Shown in pieces: positions 10,547 to 21,362 of a stretch of DNA of 64,000 bases; the stretch's first letter is position 1, and every line of letters starts with the position of its first letter. The stretch is taken from positions 576,001 to 640,000 of the forward strand of contig BK006936.2 of the NCBI GenBank assembly GCA_000146045.2, given 5' to 3'. Source of the stretch: TPA_inf: Saccharomyces. Its lineage: Eukaryota. The translations under genes and the position numbers were made by a program. The notes below the pieces were generated by a model. That model was given only the letters and a program-made list of their open reading frames with translations. It was not told where the DNA came from and made no database searches.

Positions 10547-13114
10547 CTAATCGATGTCTAAATTTATTTCTTCCACCATCAATTTTTGAGCCACGGTTCC
10601 TTCGTATAGAGATTGGAAGAATTTGATTGACAACAAGTTACTTTCTTTTTTGTTTTCCAATTCTTTCTTAGTGATTTGTTTTTTATCCATAATTATTTCA
10701 CACGACCTTAGAATTTCACGTGTAGGTACACGCAAAACATCACGTACTTCATTTGAGGTTCTTTGAGCGTTAAGATGAATGTAATCCAGTTCTTGCAACT
10801 TTCTTTTGTATTTAATGGAAAGATTCATTGGTAAGGCACGGGGGAGGTCATGAATTAAATACGTAAGTCCCAACAAGGAACCTACCACTATAACCGGAAC
10901 TGATAACTTCTTGAGTGAGCTCCACGACGATAATTTAATGCCGTTTAATATAATGTTCCCCACAACCTTTGTACTTCCTAGAAAGTACAGCGTTAGAGTG
11001 GGAATTTTTGATGTGAAGAGCAATGATGGTCTTGACCAATATTGTGTCAAAGGATAATTTTTCAAACCCAAATACTTCATTAGGCCAATCTGACCCTCGT
11101 TAGTTTGTCCTTCTATATCCGGCAGTGGTGCTGTGACAGGTTTCTGCCAGCTTAAGTAAGACAAAAAGCCTTTCCAAGTTGGAGCAAACAAATCAGTTAT
11201 TGACAAAGATACTTTAAGCCTTTTTCCTATCAAATGCTTCCTTTTTCTAAACATTAGTTCGCTTCTGAAAACACGTTCACACATGAAATCATCACCAAGT
11301 TCATTTTTTCCAATCTCATAAATTTTTTTTACCAGTAAATCTGTCTTTTGCTTGGCAAATAATTCACTTGATCCTATTGACTCATCAATCTGATTTGCTA
11401 TGAACGCTTCTGTTGAAAATATGAAGTCATAAATTTGACCGAGGCCCTGATATTTCGGATATTCGTGTAGCGGAACATCCAACGCATTGAGAAGTGCTTC
11501 TTTAGTATTGTTATAAGTCATTGTAATTGTTTGCTCGGCCATTTGATCAACGGAAGTTGTTAAATCATTGCACTTTGCTCTAGCGCTCAAAATTTCAGGT
11601 CTCAATGTTTCCAGTTGTTCGTTAATTTTTATTTCTTCTTCACTATACATTTTCATATTAGATTTGGAGATCATTATTATATCGCTTAATAATTTCGATA
11701 GATAAGTCTTGGCAGGTAACAATTTAGAAAGTGATCTTTTCTTCAAAACAAAATTGCGTAGAGAATCTTCCAGACTGTCAAAATCCGGATCGGGATCGCT
11801 GCTAGAATATGGGTCGTCGTCAGGTTTTCGGTCACCATGATCTTCATTGTCATTTTCATTATGATAATGTGGCAATTCATCTCCGTTTTTGGAAACAAAG
11901 TGGACAAAATCAGCTGCACGTTTATATGTTTCTGGGGACAGGTCACGGATTTGCTTTAGGATCAACTCCTTACAACGTTGTTTGTCCCTGATTTTGTCAA
12001 ATTTTTTCACAACAAAAAACATTAATTTTTTCTCACGAGATGCTAAAGAAATAAACTCCTTGGCAGATAGTGTTAGCTGGTTCTCTGCATTGACAACAAA
12101 TATAACTAAGTCGATTTCTTCTTGTCGGGACATTACTTCGGCGGTTTGTAACGAGTCCATGTTCAACCCAGGGGAGTCAATTAATGAAATATCAACAGTA
12201 CCATTCCTTAATAGACTAGTAGAGGCAGGCCTTTTATCGTCCTTTATGTAAATCTTCAGTAAAGCATATTTTCCGTTTTGGGGAACCAAATCGGGAAGTT
12301 CTTTCAAAGTGTGTATTTCATAAGTCTTGGGATTTTGTATTGAATACATATCAATGGCTTCCTTGAGAGTCGGAGCAATGTTTAGTGGTATGGCATGAAC
12401 CTCCTCTATGCCGTCATTTTCCCGAGCCTCTAGTATTTCGGAAAATACATTGGTACATGGTAGCTGATCCTCAGGTAGCAAACGCTGCTTTAATAGAGAG
12501 TTGCAAAGAGCTGATTTACCAGTATTTACATCACCTGTGATGAATACTTTAGATGAAACGTCATCCACTCTTTTTTTCAAAGCGTTTAAATGATTTGTCA
12601 CTGATACGATCTGAGAGTGAAATAATTTTGATAAAGCTTTTTTCTCAATGTTGAAACCGTTCTTTTCTTTGGTATTGTACTGACCATCTAGCTTGATATT
12701 CAGTTGTAGAACATGTAATTTTTCCCGTTCATCATTTGCAGCAATAAAAATCGGGCGAATATTATTTTCTTCTTGAAGTTGATCCATAAAAGCTTGTGTC
12801 TTTAATATAGATCTTTTTAAAAGTACTCTATTGTTGTTATAATTCCACTGGCTAAGTTGTGAAGAAATTAAGTGTGCTTTTGAGTTGGAGGAACGCAATG
12901 AGGGCAACAAATCATCCTCCCTACGCCCCTCTTCACCATCAAACAAAGTGGTACGGTCATCAGTTACTCCATGGAAATTACTGCCTAAAAAATGACCTTC
13001 GTTGCGTGAGTAAGTAAGAGTTTGTGGTACTATTGTGGCGGCATCATCGTCCTGATCTGTGGAGTCCTTGTGCGGTTTATTGCTGTCTTTGAATTGTTGT
13101 TTTCCTTCAGACAT
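10547..13114 (-). CDS. FZO1: Fzo1, mitofusin, mitochondrial outer-membrane fusion GTPase, 855 aa
   Basis: 855-aa ORF with dynamin-like GTPase P-loop (GDVNTGKSALCNSLL) and C-terminal TM/heptad region; matches YBR179C. Confidence 0.93.
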   Translation of the reverse strand: MSEGKQQFKDSNKPHKDSTDQDDDAATIVPQTLTYSRNEGHFLGSNFHGVTDDRTTLFDGEEGRREDDLLPSLRSSNSKAHLISSQLSQWNYNNNRVLLKRSILKTQAFMDQLQEENNIRPIFIAANDEREKLHVLQLNIKLDGQYNTKEKNGFNIEKKALSKLFHSQIVSVTNHLNALKKRVDDVSSKVFITGDVNTGKSALCNSLLKQRLLPEDQLPCTNVFSEILEARENDGIEEVHAIPLNIAPTLKEAIDMYSIQNPKTYEIHTLKELPDLVPQNGKYALLKIYIKDDKRPASTSLLRNGTVDISLIDSPGLNMDSLQTAEVMSRQEEIDLVIFVVNAENQLTLSAKEFISLASREKKLMFFVVKKFDKIRDKQRCKELILKQIRDLSPETYKRAADFVHFVSKNGDELPHYHNENDNEDHGDRKPDDDPYSSSDPDPDFDSLEDSLRNFVLKKRSLSKLLPAKTYLSKLLSDIIMISKSNMKMYSEEEIKINEQLETLRPEILSARAKCNDLTTSVDQMAEQTITMTYNNTKEALLNALDVPLHEYPKYQGLGQIYDFIFSTEAFIANQIDESIGSSELFAKQKTDLLVKKIYEIGKNELGDDFMCERVFRSELMFRKRKHLIGKRLKVSLSITDLFAPTWKGFLSYLSWQKPVTAPLPDIEGQTNEGQIGLMKYLGLKNYPLTQYWSRPSLLFTSKIPTLTLYFLGSTKVVGNIILNGIKLSSWSSLKKLSVPVIVVGSLLGLTYLIHDLPRALPMNLSIKYKRKLQELDYIHLNAQRTSNEVRDVLRVPTREILRSCEIIMDKKQITKKELENKKESNLLSIKFFQSLYEGTVAQKLMVEEINLDID

Positions 13115-13598
13115 CGTTAAATGAGCCTACCGTTTTGCCTCTATCCGTGATATCAGATAATGTTGCTATGTTCGGATGTACTTTGCTTTATTTATTAAGG
13201 GCTACTGTAACCTGCGTTATCCTGTTTCAATAATGCATCGTCCGTCTTAATTAATATTAGCCCGGCCATATTCTTCAGCATGAAAAGCTGTATTTACCCG
13301 GACTGCGCACCAACTTTTAAATATTAATCTCCGTTCGGTCTTTGCGCGAGTTATTATACTAGCGCCACGTATTAGTAATACTATAGCTATCTTGCCAGAT
13401 AAGGGATCACAAGGAATTATATACCGTGGATCACAACTATCCATATCACTCTTCCCAATTTCGCGGAGAAATACTTATGCAGGTTTCCAAATCATTTCCG
13501 TAGCCAAAGCTGCCTGTTGGCCACTGTTTTGGCATCTCTCTACATTTTTTTTTTTCATTGATACTTTCAACCCAGACATTCTGTCACCTGGTGAAAAA

Positions 13599-13608
13599 CG
13601 ACACAAAC
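13599..13608 (+). promoter_or_regulatory. Middle sporulation element-like (Ndt80) site upstream of DTR1
   Basis: CGACACAAAC, 9/10 to YGNCACAAAA, ~135 bp upstream of the DTR1 ATG. Confidence 0.4.
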
Positions 13609-13740
13609 TCCTTTGTAACAACAATTGCAATTTTAAGATATATGAGAATATTGATAAGGCTAGAAGGATGGTAGTAAGAAAAGTTGTTGTTGGTAATTTT
13701 TCAAAAAAGAGTTTCAAGAGCTGGGAAAAGAATTAAGGCA

Positions 13741-15459
13741 ATGGGAAGCGAACCGTTTCAGAAAAAGAATTTGGGTCTGCAAATTAATTCGCAAGAAAGT
13801 GGAACAACCCGCTCAACATTTCATTCGCTAGAAGATCTAGGAGATGATGTAATTAATGAAAGCTGGGATCAGGTGAACCAAAAGAGAGCCAATATAGATC
13901 ATGATGTCTTTCATGAGCACCCTGACTCTTCCCCATCATTGTCAGCACAGAAAGCAAAAACAAAAGAAGAGGAAGTTGCTGTAAAGTCATCGAACTCCCA
14001 GTCAAGAGACCCTTCTCCTGATACTCAAGCACATATTCCATATACTTATTTTTCCAAGGATCAAAGACTAATCATTTTTGGAATTATCATTTTTATAGGA
14101 TTTTTGGGCCCAATGTCTGGAAACATATATATACCGGCTTTACCATTGCTGCAAAGGGAATATGATGTAAGTGCAACAACAATAAACGCTACAGTTTCTG
14201 TATTTATGGCTGTTTTTTCCGTTGGTCCATTGTTTTGGGGCGCACTGGCGGATTTTGGTGGAAGGAAATTCTTATATATGGTGTCGTTATCACTAATGTT
14301 AATTGTTAATATACTTTTGGCCGCTGTACCAGTCAATATTGCTGCCCTTTTTGTTTTAAGAATTTTCCAAGCTTTCGCTTCCAGCTCTGTGATTTCTCTG
14401 GGAGCTGGCACTGTAACAGACGTTGTTCCTCCAAAACACAGGGGAAAGGCCATAGCGTATTTCATGATGGGTCCAAACATGGGTCCTATTATAGCACCCA
14501 TTGTTGCTGGGCTTATTTTAATGAAAGGAAATTACTGGAGATGGCTTTTTGGTTTCACTTCTATCATGACAGGAATAGCATTGATCTTGGTTACTGCTTT
14601 ACTTCCAGAAACGCTACGTTGTATAGTTGGTAATGGAGACCCTAAATGGGGTGACAAAAAAGATGAACGTGAAAATAACGAATCTCCATTCTTCGAAGGT
14701 AATAAAATATCACATCGGCGTCTGTTCCCAGACATTGGTATCCGTAAACCAGTCAATAATGATGCTTTCTTCCAAGAAAATTTTCCAAAGCCGCCTAAAG
14801 CAGGTTTGACACTATATTGGAAAATGATTAAATGTCCTCCAATAATAATCACGTCCGTCAGTACTGCACTCCTGTTCTCCAGTTACTATGCGTTCAGCGT
14901 CACGTTTTCGTATTACCTTGAACATGACTACCGTTTTACTATGTTAGAAATTGGTGCTGCTTATGTCTGCCCAGGTGTAGCTATGTTACTAGGATCTCAA
15001 TCTGGTGGGCACCTCTCAGATTATCTTCGTTCACGCTGGATCAAAAGTCATCCTAAAAAGAAATTCCCGGCAGAGTTTCGTTTATTACTGAACCTAATTG
15101 GAATTTTACTAACAATATGTGGCACAATAGGATACGGATGGGCAATCTTCTTTCATTATCATTTTGTGGTTCTTTTAGTTTTTTCCGCTCTCACTGCCTT
15201 TGGTATGACCTGGTGCAGCAACACATCAATGACATATTTAACTGAGTTATTCCCCAAAAGAGCTGCTGGAACTGTTGCTGTTAGTAGTTTCTTTCGAAAT
15301 GTGGGCGCTGCCATTAGTTCCGCTATCATTTTACAGCTCTGTAACGCAATGGGAATTGGATGGTGTTTTACAGGGCTCGGTCTCTGCAGTTCAATTTCAT
15401 TGATTGGTATATTATATCTTCTCATTTTTCAAAGAAAATATACTGCCAAAGAATTTTAA
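13741..15459 (+). CDS. DTR1: Dtr1, MFS dityrosine transporter (sporulation), 572 aa
   Basis: 12-TM MFS-type sequence; ATG at 13741 (MGSEPFQKKNLGL) gives 572 aa = YBR180W; the track ORF's 19-codon extension is rejected. Confidence 0.88.
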   Translation: MGSEPFQKKNLGLQINSQESGTTRSTFHSLEDLGDDVINESWDQVNQKRANIDHDVFHEHPDSSPSLSAQKAKTKEEEVAVKSSNSQSRDPSPDTQAHIPYTYFSKDQRLIIFGIIIFIGFLGPMSGNIYIPALPLLQREYDVSATTINATVSVFMAVFSVGPLFWGALADFGGRKFLYMVSLSLMLIVNILLAAVPVNIAALFVLRIFQAFASSSVISLGAGTVTDVVPPKHRGKAIAYFMMGPNMGPIIAPIVAGLILMKGNYWRWLFGFTSIMTGIALILVTALLPETLRCIVGNGDPKWGDKKDERENNESPFFEGNKISHRRLFPDIGIRKPVNNDAFFQENFPKPPKAGLTLYWKMIKCPPIIITSVSTALLFSSYYAFSVTFSYYLEHDYRFTMLEIGAAYVCPGVAMLLGSQSGGHLSDYLRSRWIKSHPKKKFPAEFRLLLNLIGILLTICGTIGYGWAIFFHYHFVVLLVFSALTAFGMTWCSNTSMTYLTELFPKRAAGTVAVSSFFRNVGAAISSAIILQLCNAMGIGWCFTGLGLCSSISLIGILYLLIFQRKYTAKEF

Positions 15460-15711
15460 GAAATAGTTTATGTTTAGCTATAAAATTTAACTTTTAGAAT
15501 TTTATTATATTATTTAACTTTCAAGAAAATTTTCTCATCACTCATCCCAAGGACTTCAAGAAATAGAACAATGCATCATAAGTTTATGAATTACGTGCAT
15601 TTGGACCTTCAAAGAATAAAATCGAAGTTATAGTTAATTATATTAAATTAAGCCAAAAGTACATATATCTAAAAGGAAAAAGTATAAAAATTATGCAGGT
15701 CCAAGACATAC

Positions 15712-16774
15712 TTAAGCCTTCAAAGAAGAAGCTCTTCTCTTTCTGATTTCGGCCTTTTCAGCCTTTCTTTCAGACAATCTCTTAGCCAACAATTGAGCGT
15801 ATTCGGCAGCAGCTTCTCTTTGAGCTTGAGCGTTTCTGACCTTCAAAGCTCTTTGGTGTCTCTTTCTTTGCAATCTTTGAGGAGTAACCAATCTTTGGAT
15901 CTTTGGAGCCTTGGTGTAAGTCTTTTCACCCTTGGTGACTTCTCTTCTGATGACGAAATCACGAACGTCATCTTCCTTGGACAAACCGAAGAACTTTCTG
16001 ATGTTGTTAGCTCTCTTTGGACCCAATCTCTTTGGAACAGTAGTGTCAGTTAGACCTTCCAATTCTTGTTCACCCTTCTTGACAATGACCAAAGCCAAGA
16101 CAGCCAAATCTGGACCAACAATGGCACCTCTGACGGACTTTCTCTTTCTTTCACCATCACGTCTTGGTCTGTAACAAGAAACGTTCTTGGTCAACAACAA
16201 CTTGATTCTAGTTGGCAACAAAACACCTTGCTTCATTGGGAAACCTTGTTTGTCGTTACCACCAGAGATCTTGAAGACGTAGCCCTTGAATTCATCACCA
16301 ACGGCTTCACCATCGACTTCTTGACCGATTCTCTTGTCGAAGAAAACACGAATACGGTGTTCATCATCAATTTCGAAGGTCTTTTGAGACCCGTTGACTG
16401 GGTAAGAAATGTTCAACTGTTATAAATAATACCATTTGTTAGTAAAGTTGTCCGAAGCCAATATCGACAAATTCCAACGAATCCCTGCTGTCCTTTCTTC
16501 CGTTACAGGTTTTTCTTATTTTCATTGATATTTCTAAACCCTTTTCGTAAATTCCTTTTTCATTCCTTAATTTGAACTTAGCGAGATATTTTCCTAAGTG
16601 TCGGTACGTGTATATTAGAGGGAATTATCTCGTTTAAACAACGTTGTTCTTGAGAATTTTTATTATAGTGCACTAATTTGTGGGTATACGTTTATCAAAC
16701 AGTCAGAAACAGCCGGTTAGCGCGTGCTGATTCATTAGAATTCTAAGGATTTGGGTGATATTACATACCTTCAT
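15712..16774 (-). CDS. RPS6B: Ribosomal protein S6 (eS6), 236 aa; join(16769..16774, 15712..16416) on minus strand with a 352-nt intron
   Basis: Exon 2 translates [20 protein letters not shown]... (eS6). A 6-nt exon 1 ATGAAG lies at 16769-16774, followed by 5'ss GTATGT (plus-strand acatac at 16763-16768). Branch point TACTAAC (plus-strand gttagta at 16436-16442). 3'ss ttataacag. The track's apparent M at 16416 is a TTG codon (Leu3). Confidence 0.9.
16417..16768 (-). other. RPS6B: RPS6B intron (352 nt)
   Basis: Canonical GTATGT...TACTAAC...AG signals seen on the minus strand. Confidence 0.88.
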
Positions 16775-17067
16775 GATGGCTCAGTCGTCTATTCACACTG
16801 GATAGTTTCAATTAATGACTTCCAAATGTTTTGAAGGGCACACTATTCAAATTAAGATCACTTTTCATAAAGATGAATTTTTCTCCCATCAGGCATTCAT
16901 TGACCGTGCCCTACAAACCAAGCCAGCCGAGATTGTATCAGCTCCACGCACATAGGATTTTCGCCTGCCCTTGGCCCATACCGAAAGAGTTTCCTAGGAT
17001 GATGGGCCGGCATGAAGATAAGCGGCCTGTATGCCCGAGACACTGAAAAAAAACAGCAAAAAAATAA

Positions 17068-17094
17068 GATGTATGGAGTTCAAAGATGTATGGA
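17068..17094 (-). promoter_or_regulatory. Tandem Rap1-like sites of the RPS6B promoter
   Basis: Two copies of GATGTATGGA (core ATGTATGG, the reverse complement of CCATACAT) 17 bp apart, ~300 bp upstream of the RPS6B exon 1. A poly(dT) tract follows in gene orientation (plus-strand A9 at 17046-17054). Confidence 0.5.
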
Positions 17095-17505
17095 TGCAAG
17101 AAAAGAGGTTAATGGTGCAAACTGTAGAAAAAAAAGTAAGGAAATAATTTATTTTTAATAAAATTAACTGAAAAGATACATGTATATTTTTCTCAAATTA
17201 ATCAATGCAATATGTGATATATTTGCTATCTGGCTTAATGAGATAATTTTTTACATAATTATGTTGAGAAGTTAACAGGGCAGTCTCTATTGTTTTGATC
17301 GATTGAGTGCACAAAAATTGGAAGGGGGCCGTGGAGCACTACCTGCAAATTGCTAGAAATTTGCGTCACTACATCTGAAAAATGTACGAGCGACATAATT
17401 GTCTATAGCCCTAATTTAGAAGACGTTTGCCTAAATGCGCCAACATACACTCTTAATTTTAAGCGAATGCTTTCTTGTAGTAAAAAGTAGCTAGAAAGCG
17501 ATTCA

Positions 17506-18864
17506 TTAATCTGGAGAGTTTGTCGAACTCGTGGATTTCAAAGTTGAACTAGCTACCGAGGAAGGAAAAACCACAATAGATGAAGACGGGCTTTTCGGAA
17601 ATTTAGGCGGTCTTCCAATTGGCGGTTTCAGAAAGAATGTTTTGTTATTTACATAAGTGCTGCCACATCGGCCATTATGATATAAGTCGTCCATATCATT
17701 GTTCTTGAATCCCAAAAACTTTGAACGAGAAAGAGGGGAGGACATGTTGCTGGCGAGCATTTGATTGGGAGTGGCTTGTACATCCGTTTTCGGTGATGCG
17801 GTTCCTGAATACATTGCTGGCGACCTCTGGCAAGCGTCATTTGTGGCCTTCGGAATATTTAGCTTTAAATATGGCTTCCCTGAGAGCTTTCCTCTATTGC
17901 TGTTCAGTTGGTGCAGGTGATGGACCATCGCCTGCACTGGAGCTGGACCTTCCAAAGTATTTGATATAGCAACTGTCGGGTGTATCTTTTGCTTTGCTTC
18001 AAAGCTCTCGCTGTCACCCGTCCCATTAAATCCTTTTCCCATTGGGTTACTATTTGCCGGAATAACCTGTACAAATTGCGATTGAAAGGATGGAATATTG
18101 CCCACTAAACTTGCAGGCAATGAAGGCTTTGGCAAATTCTCGTAAGGCGACGGGTAAAAATTATGATAATTAGAGTGGTTAGATTCAGAAAGTAGTAAAT
18201 GAGTATCCGGCCTAATCCTCTTGTTCATAAAATTCCTATGAATAGCCTCGTTTGCAACATGCTGTTGGTCTACGCTTTCTTTATAATCATTAGCATGAAA
18301 ACTCCCACCAGAATTTAAACCGCCTTGCAACATTTGATAATCTGCACTATTTCTTGCACAGTCAGAATGATTGGATCCGCTACGTGATATTGCTCCGTGG
18401 CAATGCACCAATGGTGTACTTACACCAGCGTTCCCGGCGTCATTTGACGCCAACGGAGCGCTTAAATTCCCATTGTTTTGTACACTGGAGGAATCTTGAC
18501 TCGAAACTGTACAACTCCCAGAATGGGAAGCTGGTTGCAACACGGTTGCTCTTCTTCGCCTGCGCTTCCTTTCATTCAGAACAACACGTGGTTTTTTCAC
18601 ATAGTCACCATAATCAGATGGTTCTATGATATTATGAGGAAGATCAGTGTTGTTTTGATGAACATTAAGCAGGTTACTCATATCAACAGAAGAGTATTCG
18701 TAGAATGTATTATTGGATCCTAAAATAATGACAGCAATGTCTACTTGGCAAAGTACTGACAATTCATGAGCCTTTTTAAATAGTCCTGCTTTTCGCTTTA
18801 TGAAAGTAACTGTACGATTTCTATCATCTTTGATAGGTTCAATTTCAATTTTTCTTCTACCCAT
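17506..18864 (-). CDS. SMP1: Smp1, MEF2-type MADS-box transcription factor, 452 aa
   Basis: N-terminal MADS box [49 protein letters not shown]; 452 aa = YBR182C. Confidence 0.92.
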   Translation of the reverse strand: MGRRKIEIEPIKDDRNRTVTFIKRKAGLFKKAHELSVLCQVDIAVIILGSNNTFYEYSSVDMSNLLNVHQNNTDLPHNIIEPSDYGDYVKKPRVVLNERKRRRRRATVLQPASHSGSCTVSSQDSSSVQNNGNLSAPLASNDAGNAGVSTPLVHCHGAISRSGSNHSDCARNSADYQMLQGGLNSGGSFHANDYKESVDQQHVANEAIHRNFMNKRIRPDTHLLLSESNHSNYHNFYPSPYENLPKPSLPASLVGNIPSFQSQFVQVIPANSNPMGKGFNGTGDSESFEAKQKIHPTVAISNTLEGPAPVQAMVHHLHQLNSNRGKLSGKPYLKLNIPKATNDACQRSPAMYSGTASPKTDVQATPNQMLASNMSSPLSRSKFLGFKNNDMDDLYHNGRCGSTYVNNKTFFLKPPIGRPPKFPKSPSSSIVVFPSSVASSTLKSTSSTNSPD

Positions 18865-19360
18865 TTAGCAGAAATTTTTTTGAAAATAATTGTGTTTGCT
18901 TATCTAGAGCTTTATTAAATTTTTTTCTGATGAGATAGGCCTGCTCGAAAAAATAGTCTGTCTTTGAATTTGGCTCGTATATTTCTCCCTTCGAATGAAT
19001 GATAAAGAAAGACTCAAAGGAATGATGTAGTGTTATATAGATTGGCTAAAATAATTTGGCAAAAGAAAGATGGATAAGGATAGTTCATGTTTTTGAGTCC
19101 TTCACGAACATAGGAAGCCGGGTATGCGTGGAGATTTAAGTTTTGCCAAGCCTCCAATTACTCGAGCGAGATTATTTTTGCAGAAGAAACAAAGACGCCG
19201 CTTGTTACTAAAAAAAGAAGGCAACAATAATGCAAAAAGTTCGAACCAACTGTACCTCAAGCCGTTTTGTAAGCCACTATCATCGGGAACGGTACAGGTA
19301 GAATGATAGATGAAATTTACGTAAGCGTTAATGGAAAACAATAACGATGTGGTGTAAAAG

Positions 19361-19555
19361 CTAGTGCGTAGTGTGAGTGCCACTAGTTTTCTTTGACAGC
19401 TTAAGAGCAAGCTTTTGGAGCTCACAATCAAGTGAAACAAGAATTATGTTCATTTTCTCCTTCGGAACTGCAGAATAAAAATTCTTTATACTATAAACAC
19501 CGCCATTATCAAAAAAGTATTGCTGAATCATGGTATACAGCGTGAAAATCTTCAT
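19361..19555 (-). CDS. Small ORF of 64 aa, position and length consistent with YBR182C-A (unknown function)
   Basis: 64-aa ORF in the SMP1-YPC1 intergenic region; matches the position and size of annotated YBR182C-A; no domain recognisable. Confidence 0.35.
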   Translation of the reverse strand: MKIFTLYTMIQQYFFDNGGVYSIKNFYSAVPKEKMNIILVSLDCELQKLALKLSKKTSGTHTTH

Positions 19556-20114
19556 GGCATTTCTACAAATTCTTTTTAGTTAGTATCGCCAACCATTAAC
19601 CTTTTTAGTAATGCTGACGTTAAACGAAGGCGAAAAAAAATACTTGGCAACACCATCGTTTATATTTTTTTCAAATGGAAGTGTCGGCCGACGTAGCATA
19701 GCAGGAAAGATTCAAAGGCAAGGGTTTCACATAACGTTACCCTTCTGACCACGCCCCTTCTTTCGATCCCACTAGTGCGGACGGATTATCACGCAAGTTT
19801 TTTAACGCGAGACATCGGAAAATATTTATGCCGATTAGATCCGGCCCCTGAAACTTTTTGTTTGATACTTTCAAACGCACTACTCTACCCCATGACATAA
19901 AAAATATCTGTCTCCGGTTATATATGTCTAAATAGAATTCGGGTAGCATTTTATTTTTATCGCTTATAGGAAAAAGATATTTGCATATATATATCTATAT
20001 ATCCTATATACATCTATATAGTTATTGTGTAAGGGGTTTTTATAAGGTCCGATACTTACAGAGATTAATTTGTAAATAAAAGCAGAAATCTTTATTTAAG
20101 AAAATAGAAGATTG

Positions 20115-21065
20115 ATGGGAATATTTCGTTGGAACTATCCAGAGAGTTCTGTCCCCGGCGTTTGGGGAGAAACAACTTCCACTATTGACTGGTGTGAGGA
20201 GAACTATGTCGTTTCTCCCTATATTGCCGAGTGGTCAAACACTTTAACTAACAGCGTATTCATACTGTCAGCGATTTACACAACTTACTCTGCTTACAAG
20301 AATAAATTAGAAAAAAGGTTTTTACTTATTGGCTTCGGGTACGGTTTGGTCGGAGTAGGATCATGGCTATTTCATATGACACTGAAGTATAGATTCCAAC
20401 TATTGGATGAACTTCCAATGATATACGCCATGTGCATTCCGACATGGAGTTTAGTATGCGAGGCCAAAGAGGCATTACTTAACGGAGATAATCACAAGAA
20501 GGTTCCTCTATTTGAACAGATATTCATCGGCGTAATTATCGGCCTGGCCGTTACAACAGCAAGCATACTCTACGTTATTTACAAAAATGTCGATATCCAT
20601 CAAATTTTGTTTGGCGTACAGATTGTAGTTGTGGCTGCTACTGCAGGAAGTTTGACGTACAGATACGTCCATGATCCACTTGCCAAAAGAAATCTCAAGG
20701 CTTCAATGGCGCTCGGCGCAATTTTGTTCTTATCTGGCTACATTTCGTGGCTACTTGATATACACTATTGTTCGTTCTGGGTGCACGTTAGAAGAAGTAT
20801 TTTGGCTTTACCACTTGGTGTACTGCTTGAACCACACGGATGGTGGCATATATTAACTGGTATGGGGATTTATTTCTACATTGTTTCTTTGGAACATTTA
20901 AGGGTCATTACGCTCAACGTCAGCTGCAATTACCAGTTCATCTGGAGATGGAAAGTCTTCCCTGAACTGATATGGAAAGGGCGCAAACCCTCAACAAGAT
21001 ATTCACTTGAACTATTTGGCCCATACGTAGAAGATCAATCAATTGAAGTTAAAAAGGAGAAGTAA
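20115..21065 (+). CDS. YPC1: Ypc1, alkaline phytoceramidase, 316 aa
   Basis: Multi-TM ceramidase-family sequence; ATG at 20115 (MGIFRWNYPESSV) gives 316 aa = YBR183W; the track's first codon at 20112 is TTG. Confidence 0.9.
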   Translation: MGIFRWNYPESSVPGVWGETTSTIDWCEENYVVSPYIAEWSNTLTNSVFILSAIYTTYSAYKNKLEKRFLLIGFGYGLVGVGSWLFHMTLKYRFQLLDELPMIYAMCIPTWSLVCEAKEALLNGDNHKKVPLFEQIFIGVIIGLAVTTASILYVIYKNVDIHQILFGVQIVVVAATAGSLTYRYVHDPLAKRNLKASMALGAILFLSGYISWLLDIHYCSFWVHVRRSILALPLGVLLEPHGWWHILTGMGIYFYIVSLEHLRVITLNVSCNYQFIWRWKVFPELIWKGRKPSTRYSLELFGPYVEDQSIEVKKEK

Positions 21066-21362
21066 TAATTATAGCATAATATATATTCATAATGTATAGG
21101 CATATTTATTTTTTATTTTTTTTATTTCATGTTCTATTTAATGACGAATCACGAAGAAAATATATCTAAGAAAAGATCTTTTGAATCCTTGATTTGCGAA
21201 TAGTTTAAATGACCCAGCTTATTGCTCTGGTGAAAAAAAACTTTGTGCGGTCTCAAAGCCGTCGGCGGCAAAATAACGTGAATTGATGAAAGTAAATAAA
21301 CAAAACAAAATCTCTAATTGTTGTAACACAAATACTAAGAAATTTGTTAGCTAATTCGGGAC

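Noticed and set aside
13392-13736. 114-aa + strand and 80-aa - strand ORFs (13475..13717) in the DTR1 upstream region
   Set aside because: The two overlap each other, have no motifs, contain a poly-T tract, and coincide with the DTR1 promoter and MSE. They are more plausibly non-coding.
16066-16425. 119-aa + strand ORF, with 15793..16053 and 15932..16174, antisense to RPS6B
   Set aside because: Inside the RPS6B exon 2. Codon-bias artefact.
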